Below, piece by piece: positions 1 to 7,849 of a stretch of DNA of 48,520 nucleotides. The DNA comes from Candidatus Undinarchaeota archaeon (GTDB lineage: Archaea > SpSt-1190). Under the pieces are notes generated by a model. The model was not told the origin of the DNA and did no database searches. It was given only the letters and a program-made list of their open reading frames with translations. A program made the position numbers and the translations under genes. Numbering within the stretch: the stretch's first letter is position 1; each line of letters begins with the position of its first letter. Location of the stretch: the NCBI GenBank assembly GCA_964549355.1, contig CAZJUS010000002.1, positions 1-48,520 of the forward strand. The letters run 5' to 3'.

Positions 1-42
1 AACGCTACGGCGTTCGACCACGTGGCCTGCCTCCGGCAGGCC
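1..42. repeat. Double-hairpin element, copy A (truncated by window edge; reads outward on minus strand)
   Basis: The reverse complement GGCCTGCCGGAGGCAGGCCACGTGGT + AACGC-CGTA-GCGTT aligns with 48469-48512. It has an 8-bp hairpin, a CCACGTGG palindrome and a second tetraloop hairpin. Confidence 0.5.
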
Positions 43-54
43 GAACAGTTTTGC

Positions 55-84
55 GCTTCGCGGCTCAGCAGGCAGAGTAGTTTT
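55..84. repeat. 30-nt conserved motif, copy A (gcttcgcggctcagcaggcagaGtagtttt)
   Basis: 29/30 identical to 39273-39302, which lies upstream of tRNA-Lys. In minus orientation it is preceded by the hairpin cggcttt-tacg-aaagccg (about 102-119). Confidence 0.55.
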
Positions 85-186
85 TGGCCAAGCTTTGCGA
101 ACGGCTTTTACGAAAGCCGGCAACGGTGGCCATCCCTCGCCCCGCTCCGCGGGCTCGGTGTTCACTACCCCCGTGTCAAGGAACAG

Positions 187-195
187 TTTTATTAA
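187..195 (+). promoter_or_regulatory. TATA-like box (ttttattaa) upstream of the FKBP gene
   Basis: AT-rich box centred about 25 nt upstream of the GTG at 216, which is leaderless-type spacing. The reverse strand also reads as TATA-like (cttaataaaa). Confidence 0.35.
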
Positions 196-215
196 GCCTG
201 AATTTTGGGAAGAAA

Positions 216-875
216 GTGAAAATAGGCCAGTTCGTTGAAATTGAATACAGCGGACGACTTGAGACCGGGGAGATTTTTGATTCAACCGACCCGAAGGAGT
301 TCAAGGAAGCAGGAGGCCCCGTCACCATTATCATGGGTGCGGGCCACCTCATCAAGGGCATAGAGAAGGCCATGCTGGAAATGAAGCCGGGCGAGGAGCG
401 CGATCTGGACATACCTCCTGAGGACGGCTTCGGCAGGAGGGACCCCAAACTCATCAAGCTTTTCAAAGTGAAGGAGTTCCGAAAGCAGGATGTAGTCCCC
501 TACCCTGGACTGCGGGTGACTATAGACAGCAAGCTGGGTTCGGTGGTGAGCGTCAATTCCGGGAGGATCATTGTTGACTTCAACAACCCCCTGGCGGGGC
601 GCAGGCTCATCTATAAAATAAAAATCAACAGAGAAGTCAAGGACTTGGACGAGCAGCTGAAAGGGTTGCTGAAGTTCCACTTTGGAAAAGCCCTGGCATA
701 CAAGAAAGAGGGGGACAAAATCCTGATAGAGGATGTCCCTGACTTTGCCCGGGAGCGTCTGCGGACTGAGCTGCTGACATACACAGCTTTTAAAACTGTG
801 GAGTTTATTGATAGGAAGACTGGTGATATGAATGAAAAAAATGATCAAACAGGCAAAAATGACCAAAAAAAGTAA
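216..875 (+). CDS. FKBP-type peptidyl-prolyl cis-trans isomerase (long archaeal type)
   Basis: VKIGQFVEIEYSGRLETGEIFDSTD...GAGHLIKGIEKAMLEMKPGE...DFNNPLAGR is typical of archaeal FKBP/SlyD. A GTG at 216 is preferred over the 84 ATG because 84-215 has no FKBP similarity and contains the TATA box. Confidence 0.85.
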   Translation: MKIGQFVEIEYSGRLETGEIFDSTDPKEFKEAGGPVTIIMGAGHLIKGIEKAMLEMKPGEERDLDIPPEDGFGRRDPKLIKLFKVKEFRKQDVVPYPGLRVTIDSKLGSVVSVNSGRIIVDFNNPLAGRRLIYKIKINREVKDLDEQLKGLLKFHFGKALAYKKEGDKILIEDVPDFARERLRTELLTYTAFKTVEFIDRKTGDMNEKNDQTGKNDQKK

Positions 876-1926
876 AGAGGAATACGAGAAGTTCCTGAAC
901 AACCACAAGCCCAATATCAAGGTGCTTGGTGTCGGCGGTGCCGGGGGCAACACTGTTGTAAGGCTTTTGGAGATGGGTGTTGAGGGCACTGAGATGGTGG
1001 CCATCAATACAGACGCCCAGGATTTGGCCAAGATTGAAGCGCCTGAAAAGGTGCTCATCGGCAGGGAGCTGACCCGCGGTCTGGGTGCAGGTTCTGATCC
1101 GAATGTCGGCGAGCAGGCGGCCAAGGAGGATTCAGCACTCCTCAAGAAGGCCATAGGCAACCCCGACCTGGCTTTTGTGACATGCGGTCTGGGTGGTGGC
1201 ACCGGCTCCGGTGCAGCACCCATAGTGGCCGAGCTGGCCAAAAAATCCGGGGCTCTGACAATAGCAGTGGTCACCCTCCCTTTCAACAACGAAGGCATAC
1301 TGAGGTGGGAGAACGCCCGCTACGGCCTTGAGCGCATCAAGAACCATGTCGATGCAGTCATTGTAATCCCCAACCAGAAACTGCTGGAGATAGTGCCTGA
1401 CCTTCCGCTTATAACAGCTTTCCGCGTGGCTGACGAGGTGCTCTCCAACGCAGTCCGTGCAATTACAGTCATGGTCACCAGCCAGGGCATGGTCAATGTG
1501 GACTTTGCCGATTTGAGGGCGGTCATGACCGGTGCAGGGACCGCCTTGATCGGCGTCGGCGAAAGCGACTCGGAGAAGAGGGCGGAGGAAGCAGTCTTCA
1601 AGGCTGTCAACAACCCCCTGCTGGATGTGGAGCTGTCAGGCGCCAAGGGGGCTTTGATTTACATTGAAGGGGGCAAGTCCCTCAAGCTGGAGGAGTCCTA
1701 CAATATAATAGACCTGATAAGCAAATACCTGAGCAGCGATGCCAAGATGATTTGGGGTGTCGGCCTGCCCGACGAGAGTCTGGGCAATACAGTCCGGGTC
1801 CTGGTCATCCTTACCGGCGCCAATATCGGCAAATTCTACTACCCTGAGGGGGAGTCGATGGAGGCCCGGGAGAAGGAAAGGATGGGAGATGAGCTCGGCA
1901 TTGAGTTCGTAGAGGTCGAAGAATGA
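832..1926 (+). CDS. ftsZ: Cell division GTPase FtsZ
   Basis: Contains GVGGAGGNTV and the tubulin signature GGGTGSGAAP. In-frame alternative ATGs lie at 841 and 859. Confidence 0.95.
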   Translation: MKKMIKQAKMTKKSKEEYEKFLNNHKPNIKVLGVGGAGGNTVVRLLEMGVEGTEMVAINTDAQDLAKIEAPEKVLIGRELTRGLGAGSDPNVGEQAAKEDSALLKKAIGNPDLAFVTCGLGGGTGSGAAPIVAELAKKSGALTIAVVTLPFNNEGILRWENARYGLERIKNHVDAVIVIPNQKLLEIVPDLPLITAFRVADEVLSNAVRAITVMVTSQGMVNVDFADLRAVMTGAGTALIGVGESDSEKRAEEAVFKAVNNPLLDVELSGAKGALIYIEGGKSLKLEESYNIIDLISKYLSSDAKMIWGVGLPDESLGNTVRVLVILTGANIGKFYYPEGESMEAREKERMGDELGIEFVEVEE

Positions 1927-2078
1927 GCTGGAAGGACTACAAACGGGTAATCAAGATAGCCCGCAAGCCGACATGGCAGGAGTTCAAGCAGTCTGCTGTC
2001 GTGGTGGGCCTGGGCATGATTGCCATCGGCCTGATTGGCATGCTTTTCAGCTTTGTGTTCAGCTGGATTGGGATTTGA
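1923..2078 (+). CDS. secE: Preprotein translocase subunit SecE / Sec61-gamma (51 aa, below the ORF-track cutoff)
   Basis: My translation is MSWKDYKRVIKIARKPTWQEFKQSAVVVGLGMIAIGLIGMLFSFVFSWIGI. It has one C-terminal TM helix, an ATGA overlap with the ftsZ stop, and the canonical position before spt5-rpl11. Confidence 0.8.
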   Translation: MSWKDYKRVIKIARKPTWQEFKQSAVVVGLGMIAIGLIGMLFSFVFSWIGI

Positions 2079-2098
2079 GACACTGAAAAGGTGAAAAA

Positions 2099-2539
2099 AT
2101 GATATTTGCGGTAAGAACGACGCTGGGGAGGGAGTATGCGGTGGTTGAAAATATAGCAACCGCCACGAGGAAGTTCGGCTACAAAATTTATTCTGCTTTT
2201 GTGCCCAAGGATGTGAAAGGCTATGTTTTTGTGGAGGCCCCCAGCTCTTCCGATGTGCGCGAAGCCGTCACGGGCATACACAATGCCCGTGGCGTGGTCG
2301 ACAAGCCGGTCACTATTGACGAGGTTGCAAACAGCATTGAGTCCAAGCAGGTTGAAGTCAAGCTCAAGAAAGGCGACCTGGTTGAGATAGTGAGCGACCC
2401 GTTCCGGGGCGAGAAGGCAAAAGTTATAAGGGTTGATGAGGTCAAGAGGGAGGTCACAGTCGAAATGATAGAGGCTGCGATTCCAATCCCGACCACCCTG
2501 CCGGTGGAGACGGTGAGGATAATCAAGTCCGCAGAATGA
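2099..2539 (+). CDS. spt5: Transcription elongation factor Spt5 (archaeal NusG)
   Basis: NGN-like N-terminus IFAVRTTLGRE...GYVFVEA, followed by the KOW motif KKGDLVEIVSDPFRGEKAKV. It sits in secE-spt5-rpl11 synteny. Confidence 0.92.
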   Translation: MIFAVRTTLGREYAVVENIATATRKFGYKIYSAFVPKDVKGYVFVEAPSSSDVREAVTGIHNARGVVDKPVTIDEVANSIESKQVEVKLKKGDLVEIVSDPFRGEKAKVIRVDEVKREVTVEMIEAAIPIPTTLPVETVRIIKSAE

Positions 2540-2551
2540 GCAGGTGATGAG

Positions 2552-2992
2552 ATGTCAATGAAGGTAATGGTGTTCCAGATTCCCGCAGGGGAGGCCACTC
2601 CAGGCCCGCCTCTGGGCACTGTCCTGGGGCCTCTCGGTGTTCCGACGCCGCAGATAGTGGCCAAGATGAATGAGGCCACCAAAGAGTTCAAGGGCATGAA
2701 GATGCCGGTCACCCTCAAGGTCGACATGGACACCAAGCAGTTCGAGGTGGAGGTCGGCTCCCCCCCGACTGCAGGCCTGATAAAAAGGCTCATCGGCCTC
2801 GAGAAAGGCACTGCCGACGGCTCTGTCGTGGGCGACATCACCATGGAGCAGGTGAAGGAAGTGGCCCGGCAGAAGATGAAATTCATGAATGCCCCGGATG
2901 AGGAGGCGGCTGTCCGCGAGGTGCTCGGCACATGCAGGAGCATTGGCTTGACTGTGGACGGGAAGCCGGTGAAGGAGCTCCTGAAATCCTGA
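2552..2992 (+). CDS. rpl11: 50S ribosomal protein uL11
   Basis: PAGEATPGPPLGTVLGPLGVPTPQIVAKMNEATKEF is the classic L11 N-terminal domain. Confidence 0.95.
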   Translation: MSMKVMVFQIPAGEATPGPPLGTVLGPLGVPTPQIVAKMNEATKEFKGMKMPVTLKVDMDTKQFEVEVGSPPTAGLIKRLIGLEKGTADGSVVGDITMEQVKEVARQKMKFMNAPDEEAAVREVLGTCRSIGLTVDGKPVKELLKS

Positions 2993-2997
2993 GCCGG

Positions 2998-3519
2998 TTA
3001 TATGAGTGTTTTTTGGCGGTATTCGGGTTGGCCTTTCCTTATGAACAGCTTTTCCACATCAAAGCACTCGTCCAGAATTTCCCTCCACTGCGAAACGCCT
3101 GCAACCTTTGACACATCCGTTGCGAAATCGCCCACGTAGGCTAAAAAAATTTCCGGTTTTTCATGGCCGCCGTAGTCCATATCCTCGTCCCATCCGATTT
3201 GTATTGTCACCGCTTCTATTTCATCCCTTCTGATATTGTACGATTGCCCCACCTCCCCCACTCTGAAGCTGTGGAATTTTTTTGGGTCGAAGACAAACCC
3301 CCTCGCCTGCCGGTGCATATCGTATTTTTCCAACTGCAGTGCTCTGAGATGCTCAAACACCTGCATCAGCTTGTCTCTGAACTTCTCGAAATAAGTTGCG
3401 TCCAGCCCTCCCTGCCGGTATTCGGAAAAACAAGGCATGGCCTCTGCCATTGCATCCAGCTCCCCGGGGGCAGGGGCGGGAAGATATCCGCCGTCCATGG
3501 AAAGGCGTCCGCCGTCCAT
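2998..3519 (-). CDS. Hypothetical protein (173 aa), no recognisable family
   Basis: Long ORF with its own TATA-like box (ttttaaaaata, about 3537-3547 read on the minus strand) about 23 nt upstream of the ATG. The N-terminus is duplicated (MDGGRLS-MDGGYL). Confidence 0.6.
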   Translation of the reverse strand: MDGGRLSMDGGYLPAPAPGELDAMAEAMPCFSEYRQGGLDATYFEKFRDKLMQVFEHLRALQLEKYDMHRQARGFVFDPKKFHSFRVGEVGQSYNIRRDEIEAVTIQIGWDEDMDYGGHEKPEIFLAYVGDFATDVSKVAGVSQWREILDECFDVEKLFIRKGQPEYRQKTLI

Positions 3520-3560
3520 GGAGTCTTTGGAGAGCCTATTTTTAAAATGAGCGGGGCGCC

Positions 3561-3755
3561 TCAGGCGTCCCTGTAATTTTCGTCCAAAGTTTCCCGCTCC
3601 ACCAGGCGCATCGGCACACCTGAAAAAATGCTCATGGGGTCCTCCTGGTATGACCTTATCAAGTCGTATTTTTCCAATTCCCGGTACGGGGAGGCTCCGC
3701 CGTCGCCCGCACCGCCATCAACACCGGCATATTGTCCTCTTTTTTCTTTTTCCAT
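3561..3755 (-). CDS. Hypothetical small protein (64 aa)
   Basis: ORF co-directional with 2998-3519 and immediately upstream of it. It has an acidic, Gly-rich N-terminus and no recognisable family. Confidence 0.4.
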   Translation of the reverse strand: MEKEKRGQYAGVDGGAGDGGASPYRELEKYDLIRSYQEDPMSIFSGVPMRLVERETLDENYRDA

Positions 3756-3906
3756 TTGATCACCGAAGAAAACAGCGGTGACCCTACCGCAACAGCATAA
3801 TAAGCATGTCGAGGCAGAGTCTGCTTTGCATTGTGGAGTGTTGGTCCCGCGGTATATAAATGTTTACGCACCGACAACCATATTATTCCCTGCCGTCAGC
3901 CTTTCT

Positions 3907-4116
3907 ATGCAGATTCTCGTTGCCATAGATGAGCTCAGGAAGATAGAGGCCGAAACCGGCCTGAAGCTCAGGCGCCTTAAAAAGGCCGGCCTCAAGTGGC
4001 GCATGCCCCCCGACTGGGACGAAAAGAAGTTCGACGCCCTGGTGGTGGAGGTGCCGGACGATGCTGCGCCCGGCATTTTCGAGAAGTATAAAATTAAATT
4101 TTTGAGGAAGGTTTAA
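3907..4116 (+). CDS. Hypothetical small protein (69 aa)
   Basis: An internal ATG of ORF 3778-4116 gives MQILVAIDELRKIEAETGLKLRRLKK. A tatataaa box lies at 3853-3860, about 50 nt upstream. Confidence 0.4.
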   Translation: MQILVAIDELRKIEAETGLKLRRLKKAGLKWRMPPDWDEKKFDALVVEVPDDAAPGIFEKYKIKFLRKV

Positions 4117-4162
4117 TTTTGCGGAAATTGCCGGCATGAATTAATGGCATGTCAATCTTAAA

Positions 4163-4170
4163 TTATATAA
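4163..4170 (+). promoter_or_regulatory. TATA box (ttatataa) for the 4193 gene
   Basis: It lies in a very AT-rich spacer and is centred about 26 nt upstream of the ATG at 4193. Confidence 0.4.
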
Positions 4171-4192
4171 ACTTATATAATATATTAACACC

Positions 4193-4471
4193 ATGGTTGA
4201 AGTTCAAAAACCAATTTTACACTATCCCCGCTTGGACACTGTCCTGATGATTGAAAAATTCATTAAGGAAAACAGCGGGGACTTCAAGAAGAGCAAGTTG
4301 TGGAAAAGTCTGCCGAAAAAAGTGATGTATCAAACTTTTTGTGTGGTTATTGATTATCTTATTGAATCCGGAAAAGTTGGAGTGGACCGCGAAGGTCATA
4401 TTGCCTGGATTTACAACCCCGAACTGGTAAAAAAATACACTGCCGGGCAAAATTTGCTTTGGAGGTCATAG
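4193..4471 (+). CDS. Hypothetical protein, possible antitoxin partner of the downstream RelE-like gene
   Basis: 92 aa from a low-GC segment. The stop at 4471 is 1 nt before the GTG of the next ORF. The role is inferred from position only. Confidence 0.45.
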   Translation: MVEVQKPILHYPRLDTVLMIEKFIKENSGDFKKSKLWKSLPKKVMYQTFCVVIDYLIESGKVGVDREGHIAWIYNPELVKKYTAGQNLLWRS

Positions 4472-4472
4472 T

Positions 4473-4762
4473 GTGGAACAACCATCGCGGCTGGTTTTCG
4501 CTGACGCCAAACTCAAAAAAGCCTTTGAAGACCTGAAAAATTCTACAGAAGAGGGTAAGCGACTCTTCCGATTCCTAATACAGGCATTTGAAAATTTGGA
4601 GAAAAATGCTCTCAAAAGTATCAAATTGATAATTGTTGGAAGTATAATCTCCCCAATGCATGGAGATTGATTTATTCAGTCGCAAGAGACGAGGTCATAG
4701 TAATAAGTATTGTCTTGGAGTGGTTGGATCATAAAAACTACGAAAGGAGATTCAAATACTGA
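4473..4762 (+). pseudogene. RelE/ParE-superfamily-like toxin gene, frameshifted
   Basis: The N-terminal part is in frame 0 (MEQPSRLVFADAKLKKAFEDLKNS...ENLEKNA). The C-terminal part is in another frame (4592-4762): KYQIDNCWKYNLPNAWRLIYSVARDEVIVISIVLEWLDHKNYERRFKY. Confidence 0.55.
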
Positions 4763-4801
4763 ACTGCACAAGTGTTTAATACTTCCGCGCTTTAGCTTTC
4801 C

Positions 4802-5887
4802 GTGGTCCAGCCCTTCACCTACGCCGTCGGCACCTTCATCGGCATCGGGGTCCTGATACTGCCCATGCTCTTCCAGCAGGCGGGCATCATACTCGGGACT
4901 GCAGGGCTTCTCTTCTCTGCGCTGCTCCTTTTATTCCTGGCATTCATAGTCATGGATTTGATCAGGCTGGCCAAGAAGGACCTGCCCGGCTCGGTGGAGC
5001 AGTATCTTGGAGGGGGCAGGCCTTTGGTCCGCATATCCTTGGCGGTCTTCACCTACGGTGCGCTGGTGGCCTATGTGGTGGGGGCGGGCAGCCAGATGGC
5101 GGCGCTCGCCGGAGGCATGGGGGCCCAGTACTGGGGGGCCCTTTTCTTTGTGCTCGCAGCCATACCAGTCCTCCAGGACAGCAGGACTTTCGGCAAGCTT
5201 GCAGTATACCTTTCTGTTGTCCTCCTGCTCACCCTTGCCCTCCTGATTCCCATGAACATCTCGGCATCGGCATTTTCACCGCCCGCCTTCGGCAGCTGGA
5301 CCGTTGTGCCCTTCCTGCTTTCGGTCTCCATATTCTCCCTTTTCGGCCACACCTCAATCCACAGGATAAGCAGGATGTGCGGGAAGGAGCAGGAGATGAA
5401 GGCCAAGTTTTTCGGCGCATTCTTCCTTTCACTAATAATTTATCTTTTCTACACAACAACCTCAAGCTCAGTCGGGCCGATGGGCGATTTAAGCACAGTC
5501 TCCCTCCTCTTCTATTACGGGCCCTTCATCAGAACCCTGATAACTCTGGTGGCTGTCCTGGCTTTCTACACTTCTTTTGTCAACATTTCCTTGGATTTCG
5601 TTAAGCCCCTTGAGGCGTCCAGGCGCATGCAGTCGGGGGCAGCCCTTTCCCTCCTTTTCTTCCCGACGGCGGTCCTCTATGTCCTGGTGCATCAGTTCGG
5701 CATAATGACCCTGGCTGAGCTGGTGGCCAGGTTCTGCGGTGTCGGCATTGTCATATTTGCCATGACGGCCTGCGTGGCGCATTTCAGGGCTTCCAGAAAG
5801 CACAAAACCGCCATCCCCGGATGGCTGTCGGCAGTCCTGGCTTTTGTGTTTGTGGCCGTTGCAGCCTTCAACATTTTACCGGTCTGA
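4802..5887 (+). CDS. Amino-acid permease-like membrane transporter
   Basis: About 11 predicted hydrophobic segments. The N-terminal GTFIGIGVLILP motif resembles Trp/Tyr-permease and Aa_trans families. It has a GTG start with tttaata about 24 nt upstream. Confidence 0.7.
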   Translation: MVQPFTYAVGTFIGIGVLILPMLFQQAGIILGTAGLLFSALLLLFLAFIVMDLIRLAKKDLPGSVEQYLGGGRPLVRISLAVFTYGALVAYVVGAGSQMAALAGGMGAQYWGALFFVLAAIPVLQDSRTFGKLAVYLSVVLLLTLALLIPMNISASAFSPPAFGSWTVVPFLLSVSIFSLFGHTSIHRISRMCGKEQEMKAKFFGAFFLSLIIYLFYTTTSSSVGPMGDLSTVSLLFYYGPFIRTLITLVAVLAFYTSFVNISLDFVKPLEASRRMQSGAALSLLFFPTAVLYVLVHQFGIMTLAELVARFCGVGIVIFAMTACVAHFRASRKHKTAIPGWLSAVLAFVFVAVAAFNILPV

Positions 5888-6605
5888 GCCCCAATTCAGT
5901 TGCCCAATCCCTTGTTTTCTGCCTCAGCCCGCCCGGCGTTCCTTTCCAGTCAATCCAGACTTCCTCCGGCTTTGGCATGGTTTTTTCTATCATCTGCTCC
6001 AGCATTTCCCGCGTCAAAAAATCAGAGGCATATTTTGGGCAGATGTGGCCGAAATTCATGCCTTCCAGCACTTTTTTGGTAAAATACGGTGTGTAGTGGG
6101 TTCCTCCTACGCCAATCACCGAACTGCCTTCCAGCTCCGCATCAAGCAGATGGACTATCACATCGGCTGCAGTCCGGACAGCTTCCCTGTCCTGCCACTG
6201 TTTTTCCGAGCTTCCAACCTCGACAAAGACAATGGGCACCCCGAAGCTCGGCCCGTGGTGGGTGGCTTCAAGGGAGACTTCATACGGCAGGCTTCTGGCG
6301 GCTCTCAGCCTCTCAAATTCCCTGACAGCCTCGCTGACATAAAGGGCAGGATTGATTGAAAGCACCCCCGGCTCCCCGCCCATGCCGGCGGGCCCGAAGT
6401 TCCCCGGCGTGTGCGCAGTCAGGGTCGGCCTGCCTGAGGCGCTCTTGTGCGAGCTTGCCACTATGACCAGATCCGCAGTCAAGTCCAGGCCCTCCAAATC
6501 AACAATTTTTGAATTAAGCAGGTCGACTTCAGCCCGCCCGTCCAGGGCTCCAGCGATGTTCCGGCTTGCCAGGTTTTCCGCAGAGCCGACTACGATTTTC
6601 TTCAC
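5868..6605 (-). CDS. dtdA: D-aminoacyl-tRNA deacylase, archaeal type
   Basis: SHKSASGRPTLTAHTPGNF...GG.P and LEATHHGPS are motifs typical of the DtdA family. Confidence 0.85.
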   Translation of the reverse strand: MKKIVVGSAENLASRNIAGALDGRAEVDLLNSKIVDLEGLDLTADLVIVASSHKSASGRPTLTAHTPGNFGPAGMGGEPGVLSINPALYVSEAVREFERLRAARSLPYEVSLEATHHGPSFGVPIVFVEVGSSEKQWQDREAVRTAADVIVHLLDAELEGSSVIGVGGTHYTPYFTKKVLEGMNFGHICPKYASDFLTREMLEQMIEKTMPKPEEVWIDWKGTPGGLRQKTRDWATELGLRPVKC

Positions 6606-6672
6606 TCATGCCTTTTTTCAAGGAAGTATTTTTGCCTTGGGAATTTTTTTAAGTGGCGCTCCACCCTACTGT

Positions 6673-7732
6673 ATGAAGAGGCTCGAGAGGAAACTGAGGG
6701 AGATTTACAGTCCCGAGTTGGCAAAACTTATCGTCGGGCGCGAGAAGGCCGCCAAAGGAATTCAAAGGCAAAGGAAGAGGCAGGCGCGGAAGGATAGGCG
6801 CAGTTACCGCCGTGATGTGCCTTTTTTAGCCAGGGAGTATATGGCATCCCGCAGGGCCGGTTTTGATATCCCGGAGGTGGATTTCAAGAAAACCTACGAT
6901 TTTTTTTCCCGGGAGCATGTTGCGGAGATACTGAAGACTGCCGAAGGTCGCGGTGTCGATGCCCAGGAGTATGTTGATTTGATTATTGAATCGTCAGGCC
7001 ACATCCCGCGGCCGGCCGACATGGACAGGGTTTGCGGGGTCTCTTCACTTATTATGCCCTCAGCGGGGGGGGGAATACTCCTGGGAAGACTTTGATGCCT
7101 TTTTCAAAAATTTGATGTCCGCTTCACGGAGTAGATATGGATGGGGCAACGGCGTAAATCCGGACGGACGCCACATCAAAGCCCGAGTTCGTCTGACAAC
7201 TATTCCTCCTTTCTGCTATGAGGAATTTCAGGATGGACGCCACAGCAAAGGGTTGGAAATGGCGTGTCATTTTCTGGAATCTCTGATACGTAAAGGCAGG
7301 GTCGAGAGGGCCCTGGAATTGTCTGAGCGCTTCAAAGAGGGGACAGGACAGCTCAGTTCGCTGGTTCGTATGAGTTGGGTTTATGCACATGTTCCGGACC
7401 ATATGGTGGATACCCTCCTGGACAAATATTCTAACTCCAAAGCAGATGGTCTTTCACTAGATAACGCAGATTCCAGATTCTATGATTTTGTGATTGATGA
7501 AGAAATGGTTGAAACAATTGCGCAGTATAAGGACCTTTCGGAAGGAGGATTTTCAAAAATGGCGGATGTGATTTTTGACATGGTTGTATATGATGTATGT
7601 TCATACGACGATCTTCAAGATCTGCTGTCCAATCCAAACATGAAGCAATTAATATACTGTGCAGATTCGGAAAACCATTTGGACGAATTGTTTCAGATAG
7701 TCCTAAATTTATACAACACCCGCCAATTTTAA
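6673..7732 (+). pseudogene. Orphan gene split by a frameshift at a G9 homopolymer
   Basis: ORF 6673-7095 and ORF 6986-7732 overlap. Removing one G from the run 7065-7073 joins them into a roughly 352-aa ORF. No family was recognised. Confidence 0.55.
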
Positions 7733-7733
7733 G

Positions 7734-7849
7734 GTGGAAATCCGGAAAGTCTCCAATGTCCAGTTGATTATGCTTCTGAAAAGCTCTTGGAGCTGATGCA
7801 CAACGACAGAACGCTTCAGTAGATCATGATGTTGCGGTGCTTCCAGGAT
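7734..7849 (+). pseudogene. Decayed 5' fragment of an rtcB homologue
   Basis: Reads VEIRKVSNVQ...YASEKLLELMHNDRTLQ*I..VAVLPG, compared with the intact RtcB VEVRRVGRVQ...YATEKIMEMMHHDRTLQQIVDVAALPG. It carries an internal deletion, a stop and a 1-nt frameshift. Confidence 0.7.

Noticed and set aside
84-215. N-terminal extensions offered by the ORF track: 84-215 for FKBP, 14268-14858 for prs, 20649-20897, 6352-6672, 31737-31865, 29128-29295, 25361-25399 and 38072-38137.
   Set aside because: The extensions have no similarity to the respective families. They overlap neighbouring genes or their antisense strand, and they contain the TATA-like boxes. Internal starts give family-typical N-termini.
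837-872. Imperfect 18-nt repeat (aaaaatgatcaaacaggc / aaaaatgaccaaaaaaag) at the fkbp stop and ftsZ start, considered as another boundary duplication.
   Set aside because: Only about 13/18 positions match, in a poly-A-rich low-complexity context. This is too weak to count with the perfect 20-21-nt duplications.
282-1298. Long minus-strand ORF (338 aa) opposite the fkbp and ftsZ genes. Similar long antisense ORFs occur at 21617-22759, 39797-40897, 44028-45251 and 45398-46450.
   Set aside because: Each lies entirely antisense to a gene with unambiguous family motifs (FtsZ, NTase-HEPN, RpoB, RpoA). Their translations are low in complexity and rich in Arg, Gly, Pro and Ser, which is typical of shadow ORFs in moderately GC-rich coding DNA.
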